This document shows positions 1-12,100 of a DNA stretch of 64,000 bases, one piece after another (within the stretch, counting starts at the first letter, position 1; each line of letters opens with the position of its first letter). The position numbers and the translations under genes were made by a program. Source of the stretch: Klebsormidium nitens (taxonomy: Eukaryota; Plantae; Klebsormidiophyceae); the NCBI GenBank assembly GCA_000708835.1, contig DF236951.1:456666-520665 (forward strand). The letters are read 5' to 3'. The notes below the pieces were generated by a model that saw only the letters and a list, made by a program, of their open reading frames with translations, was not told where the DNA came from and did no database searches.

Positions 1-164
1 TTCCAACCCAGACATCAGTGTGTTTCCTTGACGCCACATTCGCGACCTTTCTCGATCTTTTCCGTCCCTTATTTCCAGAATAAACTGCCTACAAATGGAT
101 TCCTCTCTGGTTCAGCCCAACGTTTTTTTGCTTCCACTGACGTCCCTCTGACGTCCCTTCTCAC

Positions 165-3100
165 CTGCACCTTGTCGATGCACACCCGGTCCTGCAGCTG
201 CCCGTCCCCCCGGCCGTCCGCCCCGGGCGCGGACACCACCTGCATGCTCGTCGTCCGCGAGCTCAGGCTGCCCTCCCGGGAGCTCTGCCGCTCCTGAAGC
301 GCGCGCGCGAGCGCCGCGTCGGCCTGCTCGCGCGCGTAGATGATGCACGCGGGGCAGGGGCAGCCCTCGGAGGGGCCGCACACGCCGTCGCATGCGCCGC
401 ACGCGCACCCGCCCGCCTCCGTGTAGCTTTGCCCGCAGTAGAAGCGACCGGCGCCGGCGCCTGGGGGAAAGAACCGGGGGCGTCAGACTGAAGGCTCTTG
501 CATTTCTGGGCGTCAAGGAACGTACCACTTGAGAGGAAATATTCCTCAGGGCATCGGTAACTAGCAAGTAAGATGATTTGGAAGCCTCTAGGGACGTCTC
601 TTATAACGGCTTGATCGTAAGAATACGTAAGAGATCAATTGAGTTACATGTTCAGCAACTTTCACGTCGAAAGGGTTCGAAAATTTGGTCTCGTGTTTCA
701 ATCCCACGAACTTAGCCGACTCATTTGACCCCGCAAGTTCCTCATCCGTGAAAGGCCTTATTAGCTGACGATCTTGCTTAACGAGCGTATTATTATCTGT
801 CAAGGTTATTGTTGGCGCTGGCAGGCTACTTACCGGTTCCTGGCAGCACTCTGTCCCCATTCCGGTTGACCAGCGGAACCTCCATCGACGTCGTCCGGGA
901 CGGAACCAGCACCTGTGCCGGCGCCGCAGGGGCGGTTCGCGTCGTCCGAAACCTCGTCGACCGTCGCGCTGTCAGCGCTCGGCTACTGCTTATCCCTATT
1001 CCGGTTCCGGTTCCGCCGGCGACCATTCCCCCGCCACTGCCACCCATGTTGGTCACCCTCGTGGACGCCCGGTTGCTCGCTCCGGGCCCCAGAAGGTTGA
1101 CCGTCAACGGAACCGGAACCGGGCTCACGCCGCCCGGCGGATCCTTCTTCTCGGCGGTCGCAACGCCGCGGATGTTGGTGAGCAGCGCGAGCGCGCCCGC
1201 GTGCGCGGTCTCGACGATTTCGGACACGAGGCGCGGGCTCGCGGACGGTCCGTACAGCCCCAGGTGGAGGATGAGCGCGGCCGCGAGGCGCCAGACCGCC
1301 TGCATGGCCTGCTTCGCGGCGGATTCCTCGGACTCGGCCGCCACCTGCAGGGGGAAATTTGGCCCACCTCTTGTTTCTGTTACAGAATAGACTGTAGACG
1401 AGAGGCCTTGAACAAGCTGGTCTAGCATCCAAGGGAATGACCAGTCAGTTGGTGCAAAACGAACGTCTTTCAAGCCAGCTGTCCTTGTCTGACTGGTTTT
1501 GTACCTGAGATTTACCGAGATAGCCAGTCACAGAAATGCGTTCTCCTCCAAATGCGTACTCCTTGGGCACAAACATTCATGCCATCCCGAGTTCTACTAA
1601 CTGTCAATGGTAGAGCGCCGCTTGCAGGCAGGAAAAATCTCCTCGTCGTCCTTACCTCGTTGAACGCGTTTTCACACGAGAGCGTTGGCGCCAGGCTGCG
1701 CTCGGACCAGGCCTGCATGGCCCCAGTGTGAAAAGCCTCCAGTACGCTGTTCCAGGCGGCGTCCGTAGATGCGTCCGCGGGGGGCGACACGGGGGCGAGC
1801 GGCAAGACTAGCTTGTGGAGTGCCTCGCCAAGTTCGATGGTCGCCAGGAAAGAGAGGTCGGTGGGGTCGTACATAGTGGTCAGGATGTCAATCGCGTGGA
1901 GACGCAGGATCGCGGGCGTGTCGGAGGACCTGGCGAAATGGGAATCGGAACTTCAGGTTTTGGCACTAGGCATGTGCAGAGGAGTGCGATTATCTTCTGT
2001 GGTAATCATCCGGGCTGTCGTAGGAGCTCAACCCGTCGGAAGTTCAAGGGCACGCAGCCTTGCTGTTGTCCTGAAACGGTGAAGACAGCCTTACAATTGC
2101 AAAGAAGGGGATTCACGGTGAAGCTGTGGCAATTTACTTTGTTCCCACCATCTCGTCTTTGATACCAACTCGCCTTTCGAACCTTCTCAGAAGAAGCCTC
2201 TAGAACCACAAGTTGAAGGTTAAGGGCCCCCATGACCTCACCGCAAGAAGCCCACCAGTCTTTGCAGGACCTCGTTGTTGATTTGTCTGAGATGGCTAAC
2301 CGCGCCCGGTTTTCCCCCGCCCACATTTTGCAGGTAGTGCTGCATCCGCTGCTGGGCGCTGGCCAGTCCGTCCAGGCACCCCGCCCACACCTCCCTGTCG
2401 GAGCTGCCCAGCAGCGTCAGCACGGTCTGGAGCCCGGTCTCCATCTCGCCTGCACCGGGGAAAAGCACTTGAGCGGTTAGGCGAGGCGTCTGAATGCGCG
2501 ATTATGAGCCTGACGAGGCACGAAGACGGCATGAACTCTTTCCTGCTTCTGATCTTGTATGTTGTCAATCACGGTGATGGGCATATATGTAGCGCCAGAA
2601 GCGCACTTCTCAGCACTCAAATTGTGCTCGTTGGAGAAGGGAGCGTTTTGAATGTAGCTCCCGAAATAGACCTTTATATTGACTTCAGAAGATTGCTACT
2701 GAACATCGTTGCTTTCTTCTTTGTTGAAGTTTGGTAGGACTATCGTGCTCGCTCCGAGTCGCCACTTTAAAACTTGGCGAGTCTTCGTGCCCGATCCAGT
2801 TCTCAAACCTTGGTACGAAGGTCTTGTTTGGTAACCCGCTTCATACCCAGCCACTCTTTGAAGAGCTCTGATTATGTCTGAGATTTGCATTCGTAAACAA
2901 TCCAAGTTGCTTCGTAGCATTTTTTGCAAAGCAACAGCGACGACCAGCAGCGGTGATCTGACTGGCTTACCTATCCTGAGTTCTTGCTTACGGTAGTGGA
3001 GCTCAACCTCAGCCACGGGGACCTCGGAGTAGAGAAAGGCCTTTGCTTCAGCCATCGCTTGCTCGACCGTCGTCATCGACGAGCGGGCCTGCATTGGAAA

Positions 3101-6100
3101 CGTGTCAGCAACTAGAAATCTCCGACTGTAAAAGTTTGGGCTGTCGTGACAACTTCTCTACTGTCGGTGTTTCTGGTCTTTCTCAACAGAGTGCGTTGAG
3201 AACTCTTTCTTGTGGGTGTTTAAGGGTTTTTGACGACGAATTCTGTGATGGAGCAAACGTGGAACCTCATTCGCACACCAGGGGCCAGACTTGCACCGAT
3301 TGTCAGGTGCTAAGCCTCACCAGGTGCTTCTGGATGTAGAGATGTAGTGCCAATCGCTATTTTGGCATACTAGTGAAGGAAGGAAGCCTTATTTCGTTAG
3401 CCCGACGGATCCTTCTCTCTTTTGAACAGATTAAAAAGCGAGCCCTCAGCACCACTGGGTCGACTTTTACGCAGTACAGAGAGACTAGCAACAAGGACGG
3501 AGCAGAGCGGATTCCGGCACCTGCTTCTCCATCCGGAAGTGGACGGAATGGATCTTGATGAGCTGCAGCACGCTGGTCCACTGTGACTTGGCCTCCTGCT
3601 TGGTGCTCTTGTTCAGAATCTTCAGCGCGGCCTTTCGTAGCCGGTCTGACGCTGGCGGAACAAGAACGGAAGCGGCTGTCAGGTTTCTTGTTGGCCGAAC
3701 AGGCAAGTAGGAACCAATCTTCCTTTTAGTGCTTTGACTACGGTGTAAGTCTCACCTGACAGAATGGGGAGACATAATCTGGGAACGAGTCCTAAGAGAA
3801 GGTCAGTGTCGGTTCAGCATCGTAGGATGTGCGACTGCGCTTCTTTATCTTCTTTGACCATTCCTCCAATATTTCGCTCTTGCACTAGAGCTGCGAAGCC
3901 CTAGTAGGAAAATCATGAACACCCTCTCTATGTAAATCAGAAATTGAAGTGTGCTGCTAACGATGAGGTACGTTTTCCGGTCTGTTTTCATCAAAGAGCC
4001 GTGCTTTCCGCAGAAGGAAAAAGGAGTCCAAGCCCTGAATCAGTAGATCTGAGAGGTCCCTTTGGGCCGCTTTGCCGGCCGTAAAGCGAAGGGCGGGCTC
4101 TTCGTGCAGATGCCTATTCGATCGTAGTAGAAAACTCAGCTCTGAATTCAGGCGCCAAAGTAGTTTTCCGCGTCGGGGGTGTGTCGGCTAAGGAAGCGGG
4201 ACAAGACTTCGCCATCTGCTAACCAGTTCAAGCAATCTGGAGCCGCGAGAGTTGCCTCTTGTTTCGCGTCGCCAACAAAACCAGGCGGTACAGATATTAC
4301 TATTGTTGAAAGGAACTTCTGGAGCCAAAGAGTAGGACGCATTTAGGGGCAAATGATGAATGCACAGACTGACCTCCCGACGTGGAGGGCGAGCGTGGCG
4401 TGCCCGGTTCGCAGAGCGGGTCGAAGCGCAGCAGCATGCGGCACTTGTCCAGGAACGGCCGGCAGATGCTGTCGTACGTCACGATAACGTCACCCTCCTC
4501 CGCCAGCTGCGCCACCTGGCGCCGCCGCACCAGCTCCATGCGCAGCTCTTGCGACAGGCGGAGGGCGACCCTGGGGGAGAAGAATCAAGCGACATTCGAA
4601 TCTTGTACACGTACAGAATTCAGCAGATTTTTCGGGGATGAGGATTCTGGATAATCTGGATTGTAGAATTTGCCGACGTAGTGAGCTGACCGAAAAGAGG
4701 TTGAAGCCGCTGCTTTGACCAGTTTTTAAAGATAAAGGAGCTCCAAGAGGATTAGCGTTCTGTATATGTCCACGGCCACAGGAACTGCAAAAGAATAGAA
4801 GCGGCTGTAAGGAGCTCGCTCAGTGAAAAAAAAAGGAGCCAAGGAAGATTGACACGCAGTAATGTTACTGCTGCACAACTCAGATTCAGTGCTCGCCTCT
4901 CCATAGATCCAGGATCTTCATCCGAGCATGTTACCAATCCAACGGGTGGCCTCACCTCAGCTTTGCGCAAGCTGGTTGTTCTTCGAAACCAGTTGAACGG
5001 GGTCCGATTACTTTTCGCGTCTCCAAACCAGCCGTTTGTCAAAGCTTTCAACCTGTTAAAAAATCGAGTCAGGTTAGTCGGGGCATAGTATGAATCACCG
5101 GGGAGCCTCACCTCAGGCTTTGCACGAGCTGGTCGTTCTTTTCCACCGGGAGGAGGGGGTCCCGGCTCAACGCGGCCACGACGTCCAGCAGCCCGCTGTG
5201 GTACAGCAAGCACACCACGGCGGCGCGGTCGCACGCGTCGAGCAGACCGTTGGGAATGGAGTTCATGGTCTGCGGAAAGGTTTTATATGGGTGAGCGTTG
5301 GGGTACAAAATTCCGTAGATTGTTACAAACCAACGGGGTGCTTCCTTATTTTGCCTCCTAGTTCCAGGACTGAAGGCAACCTCAGAAAAAGAACCAGCTC
5401 CGGATCAAAAGTTGATGGGAACTACTGAGAAGCTTCATAGAAGACTGAGTTTACAATGGAAGGAAGAACAAAGATGAAACACACGTCCCTGGAAGACCTC
5501 CCAATGACTCCAACACAGACCCGACGCAACAACACGGCGTTTCGTTTAAATTGTACGGACAGGGTCGAGGAAAAACCCAAATATCCAGGTGTTGCTCACC
5601 TTATGCGCGAGCAGCAGTCCGATGGCGTCCTTCGGACGGTCCGCGGGCGGAGGTTCCACCAGTTTCAGGACGTACGTGCTCGGGGTGGACCGGCTGAGGC
5701 CCCTCTTCAGGAGCTCCCCCCGCACCCACGGTTCCGTTGGGTCGGTCTTGGGGGAGAACGCCGGACCGGCCAGCGCTTTGCCTGCGAGGGAGAGGGGTCC
5801 GTTGGTTCGATTGCATAAGTTCGATCTAGTCCTTGATTGAAACCAGTCATTTCATAATCCTTCGGCCCTTTGCGAGTAAGGACTTGTTGTTTCAGCTGCG
5901 AAACCTCGACCTGGTTCTTCATGTGTCCATCAATGTCAGATGCTGATGGCCCTTACTCTTACCGAGACGGCCTTCTCTGGTTTAAGATTGACTACAGATT
6001 TTAAACCGTCAGATACACAGGAACTTTGGCAATCTAAACTTTTCAACCTCACAATCAAGAAAATTTTGTGGCACAATACTGTGGCACAAAATAAGCGAGA

Positions 6101-9100
6101 CGTGCAGATGTCGGAATAGCGACCCGGAGACGTGAGACTGTGAGATATTGAAGGCCACAGTATCCAAATCTCCGACAGCCGCTTCACAAAGGAGACTGTT
6201 CGAAAAGAGCCGCCTTGACCCGACTGAGAGCCTGAGTTCAACAAGTCTTCACTCACCAGCCAGCATCCCGCAGAGCCCTGTCGCGACGTTCTTGAACTGG
6301 AACAGCCAATGGGACGACAACGCAGGAATAACCGCAACGACCACCACTTTCCAGCCCCACATGGCCTCAGCGCCGCCCGATTTGAAGCGCAGCGTCAGGC
6401 TGCTGCCCAGGATCGTGACAGGTGTCACCGGCCAATTGCCGCTCTCCCCCGAGTAACGGCCCACCACCTTGTTGCCCTTCAAGAGCTGCAAGGGGGAATA
6501 ATGACTTGCTAAGTCAGGTTCTTGGCCGCTGTTAAGATAAGGTTGAAATGGATCTGGCAGCTTGGTGTGCGAGGACGCTGGTGAAGAAGAAACGAGAATA
6601 GGCGAACTATGACGCTTCGTTGACGAGACAGGCGGATATTGACGCTTCGTTGATCAATACTTCCTTCAAACCTTGCTGCGGGCATTCATTCTTTCTTTCT
6701 TTTCATTTCTTTTCTCTCATTCTCTCCAAGCGGAGCAGTGTGTGCCAAGCAGAACCCGGCCATGTTCTTCGAACAATCAAACCAGCCAATGTTGCTGAAT
6801 CTCTGATCTGTAACTCTGCTTCACGCCAATGGATCTGCTGCCAGCGCAATCGACCACCTCTAACAACATTCTCACAAGGTCTCTTCCCAGCTGGCGCCTT
6901 TTGCCCAATCCGTACGCTCCTGATAATGTGACCCCACCCTTTGGATCATTATGCAGCCCTGAGTTTCAGAAAACATTGACCCGGCTCCCGTTTGCAGGTA
7001 CCGGACGAAAGTCTTGACCTTCCCCATCCTAGCCGGGATGAGAAACAGCTCAAGGCTCGGGCTACTTTGTGCGTACCTCCAGGGAGCAGCTTGGGTGGGT
7101 CTGGCAGCGCGTGTCGAATGACACAAGCAGGCGGCAAGCGCTCAGGTTGTGGATCTTGGTCACCGTATCGGAGTATTCGTGGTACGGGTGGCGCGACTCA
7201 GCTGACTCAATCTGCGCAGAGACACAGAGAACGCTTGTGAGTAAGAACGAAAAATTGAGCGAGCGTACAGCAGCTCTTCCACTCGGACTGCTTGTAAAAC
7301 ATAACCGGCTCTTTTGATTGCGGATTTTGTTCGAGTCATATCGAAGACGAAGAGCTTTGAGAAAGTGAAACTACAACCTTGAGAAGCATCAAAACTGTTC
7401 AAGCACGAGAAAGAGGTGACCGCAATTCTCGATCTTCAGCGCTTGTGAAAGACAGGGTCACACGAAGGAAGAGCAGTGCAAAGGACTGGTCAAGCAAATC
7501 TAAAGAAACCAGCAGCATTTAGCGGAGGCTACCAACACGACTCTTCTTTGAGAGCTCATCAATAGAAGCTTTATAGTGCCTTTTAGGAGATAAAGCAACC
7601 GTACGCACCTGGAACGAGTAACCCGGGGCCCGGTACCCGGTCACCACCGCCTTGTACCCCCAGTCGCCCCCATGCACCGCGGCCGCCCCGCCGTCCATTT
7701 CTTGTACAAACGTCACAGTGTTCCCAGGAACTAGAATGGGCTCGACGCACCACCGGTGCTCCGCGGGGCCCATCAGCGGCCCGGCAATGGTCGCCCCGTC
7801 CGCCTGTTGCAGTTTCACAAAGTCGTTTTCCCCCATCGCCGACCGGGGGTCGAATTGCACCAGCAAAAAGTCTGCACCGGGCACGAACGCAGACTGGACG
7901 TCCTGGATCGGCGAGTCGCCCGGTCGGTACCGGTGGGGCGATTCCACCAACCGGGTTGCGAGCTTTGTTTGCGTTAGCGGGTCGAACGGGGCCTCGGAGG
8001 AGTGGAGGGAGAGAGCTGCGGAGGGGGATCCGCCCGTCATGTGCCCGGGTGACTGCCCCGACAGCCCTTGGAGCAGCTGCGCCACTTCGGCGAGGGTCGG
8101 GAGGAGCGCCCCGGTCTTGCAGAACTGGGAGAGCGCGAGCAGGAACACGAGGAGGACCGGCAGGCACGCGCGCAGGAGCGAGCGGTCAGCCAGTGACGTC
8201 AGCAGCTCGAGGGGACCGCCCTCGAGCCTCGCGAGCAGCCGCAGCGCGTCCCTGACGTGGTTCAGCACGGAGGCCGCCACGTGGCAGCAGATGGTTTGCG
8301 CAGCGGGGGAGTCCTTGAGCTGCGTCAGCAGGAGCTTCATGGTCTCGACGACGATGCGCGCGCAGCTGGGGATGAGCGGCAGCACCGCGGGGCTTTCCGC
8401 CACGATCTGGACCTGCAGGGTTCGCGAGATAAAGGGGTTCAGCAATCTCTACAGATGGGCGTGGTTAGAGCACCCTCGAAGCCGCTTCATCAAAGGGAAT
8501 AATAACACCACCACCTTTTATAAAGGACTACTCAATTTAAGCTACCCAGCTTTGGAGGATGGTACCTCGGCCCGAGGACTTAGCCTGGGGCATTGGTTAT
8601 GCGGAGTGGCTCTTGTTGCAGATCACTGTCGTGACACAGTCAAAGCTACATTGCGATTGCTTCTTTCTGGGCTCCTCAGTGACCTTATTCCTTCTATCAG
8701 GTCAAAGCTTCAAGATGGACTACTTTTTGCAAGGGCTTGGAAAAGCCCGAGAACGCAAAAATGCGCAACGAGAAACAATCTTAGGCCCCTCGCACCTAAG
8801 ATGTTGTTTTTGACCGAGTGTTCGATATTTCCACCAAAGGCGGTGAGTACAGTGCATTGTCAAAGTCCACTGCGTTCGCACCGAATAGATTGCAGACTGG
8901 CCGTTGCAACATCTTGGGTGCGAATCAGGGGCCCAAGATCCAACTTCCTTACCCGCTTGGTAATGGTGACCTGGTCGTCCACGTGGTCGAAGCTGGCGAC
9001 CGGGAAGACCTCCCCGGTGATGTTGGTGAAGAACTTGTCGATCTCGATGCCGTTCTTGCTGAAGCGCAGCGTGCCGCGGTCCATGTCCAGGTGGCACCTG

Positions 9101-12100
9101 ATCGTGTCGCCCGCGTCGAACTCCAGGATTTGCCTGCGGGGCATAGGCCGAGCTGACGTCAGCAAGGCTGTTGGGGGGGGAAGTCGTCAGCGAATGCCAG
9201 ATGCCAGATCCTACTGGATATATTGGACGAGACAGAAACGACGCGAGCAAGGCACACGATACACACGGGCTGCACGCTTTACGCGCTGCGTTGCGTTGCG
9301 CCTTTAGGGTGGGCAATGAATCAGCTTACAGAACGATGTCTGTCGCTTATCGTCGGCTGAACAATAGCGTCTCTACAAGAGACGCAACTCTACCAGAGCG
9401 TTGGTAATGTGCAAGAACAGAATTGGACGGAACTGAAGGTCCCCCAACACCCGATCAAAGATAAAAGTTGAACCCATTTCCGGATCAAAGTCCAAGAGCA
9501 ACCCTCCACACCAGAAGATTTGGACACACAACGGCACAAGATGCTGAAGCTTCTGAGTATCTCCCGCGGCTGACCTGTGGTGTATGCCGTGGTGCAGCAG
9601 GTGCCCGTTCGCGTGGTACACCCAAGTGTTCCTGTCGATCGAGCTGTCGTTCAGGTTCTCGTCCAACAGGATGCCGCCACGTGCCACCCCGAGGCGCATG
9701 TTGCTCGCGTGCTGGTCGACCCGCACGTCCCAGCTGTGCTTCCCCGCCGTAAAGCCCCGGCTGCCCATCACCGTGCTGAACTCAGGGCTGTTGCGCGTCT
9801 TGCGCGCAGTCAGGCTGATGTTCGTCACCTGGCGTCAGCAAGGATTGACGTCAGCTAAAAAGATCAGAGCGCAAGAACGAAAAGTATTTGAGAAATGGTG
9901 GTGTTTGACCTGTTGCCCATCACCGTGCTGATTCCGGGGTTGTTGCGCGTCTTGCGCGCAGTCAGGCTGATGTTCGTCACCTGGCGTCAGCAAAGAGTGA
10001 CGTCAGCAGAAAGCAGATCAGAGCGCAACGAGAAGAGACGTCAAAAGACCCTGATCGCAAATCTGCTGCTTGCTACCGCTCTCAATGGTGGGCTGTTGCG
10101 CGCCGTCAGACTGATGTTCGTCAAGTAGCGTCAGCTAGAAGTAATGTGAGAAGGAGGCGCAGAAGCTGACGTTCTTGCTGGATGACTCGAGGGGCCTTTA
10201 TTACTTGGTGCCAACGCTGACATTTCAAGGTGGTCATCCACCCTGTTGCCAATGCACTGCCGACTCTCCCATGTTTGGGTCTATTCATACTCTTTAATTG
10301 AACTTCCGCGAGTCTAAATGAATCCAAAAATACTTACTCTTTTCGCTTGCAAGAAGCTTGAGCATGCTTCAGGATGGTTGAGTTCAGCATTTTCTATATG
10401 TGCGGTCAAGTATAGTCCCGCAACATTCGTCTTACCTCCACGCTCGCTGTGTGCCAGAGGCCCCAGACCCACGCTTCTTCCTCCTCCTCCACTTCGACGG
10501 CGTCGTCAGATGACGAGGCAGCGTCTTCCGCTGCAGCCTCCAGGGGCTCGTTTCTGGAAACCGCGTCGACGCAGGCTGCCATAAGGAGAACAGCGATTTG
10601 AGAATCAGTTATTGCACTCCATCTCTAGAATTATGTTGGACTGATTGGCTAACTTCGCCTCCGCACAAAGTAGTCGCAACTGTCTTTGGACATAGGAGCA
10701 ACGTAAAAGAGAACGAGTGCACGAGTGCACGAGCGTGACGATTTTCCGAACTCGGCAGTTCTTGTTTGCTGAAGAATCTTGATTCGCAGAAACCCTAGGA
10801 TTGGAACGCTTGAGGTACATCCCGACCAAGTCAGACATTCTGGGTTAAGGGGGACGTCTCCGTCAAAAGTAAGCGAAGAGAAGTAGATTCACTCGAGTAA
10901 CAGAACAGCAGATCGTTGTCCTATCTTCGTAATGAAGGGCCGGAGTCCGTTAATCGCCAAAGTACCATAGTCCGCCGTCCAGCTTTCGAACACGCGAAGC
11001 ATTCGACGGCCACTTTTGCCGCTTCCCTTTCCTCACCAGACAAGTAACGCAGCGAGTACCCCAGCAGCGAGTCCAACAACGTCAGCAGCGGTTCCTTTCC
11101 CAGCGTCCGGTTCTCGTCCGGTTTTAGCCCCAGAAGCGGGTGCAGCGTCTTCCACAGAACGGACGGTTTGGACGCGTCCGCGAGCATGAACTGGAGGAGG
11201 TCCTTTTCGGCGGGCGTTGCGTGCGGCAGCCGTGAGGCCTGCGCGTTCAGGAGCTGCGCGAGCGCGAGCGCGCGTGCGGTGGCCTGCACGGTTTAAGAAG
11301 GGTTTAATAGAAGATGTGGCAATGGCGAGATGCACTTAGGATGGGCACCGCAGATCGGAGAAGACATCTCGAGCGCTCTACTACGTCAATGATAATATTG
11401 CCAAAGTAAAAGATGGCCTTCGTAATAACAACTCGAAGTCGTGTGCCATGTAAGAAGCAAAACAGCAAAAAGCAAGGCACTACTAGACGACTAAAGGGAC
11501 GATAGAAGAGCATAGACAATGAGAAGTTAGCAGACAGTGCCGAATCACAGTTGAGAACTTCCAGAAAGACCGGTTTGACAGCTTCGAGCAACTTGACGCC
11601 GAGAGCAGACGTCCGAACCCTCATGTGAGACAAGGATCGTAAGAAAGAGAATGAAGAGCTGAAAAAAGGGTGCCCTGGCAAATATCAGACACCCGTTCAC
11701 TGAAAGACCCGTCAGAGCCTCTGGGTAAGTTGGTGTCTACTACTTGAACGAGTAGTAGTCCCACAACCAAGTTCATCAGAGGAATTCGGTCCCCGCTTGA
11801 CGTCTGAGGATGACGTAGGAGGCAGAGTCGGGAAAGAGAAAATACAGGAGAAGAAGAAAGAGCGAAGGAGCGAGGAAAGGCGTCTCACGTCGGGCAGGAA
11901 GATGGGCAGCCCGCTCCGCAGCGCGTCTACCGCGAGCGCCTGCACCTGCAACATACGCTCCCCCCCCGCGCTCTCCGGGCCCGCCTCCACCAGCCCCAGC
12001 AGCGTCGCCAACAGACTCTCCGTGGTGGCCGACGGCGCCAAACTCGTCCGGGGGGGCCCTTTTCCCTGCTTCTCTTCTCCCCCCGCTTTCGCCCCACTTT

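Noticed and set aside
9133-9152. Apparent frameshift inside the SPRY domain
   Set aside because: It arises only if the AG at 9153/9152 is used. The ccccgcag acceptor at 9134/9133 restores the frame in phase 2.
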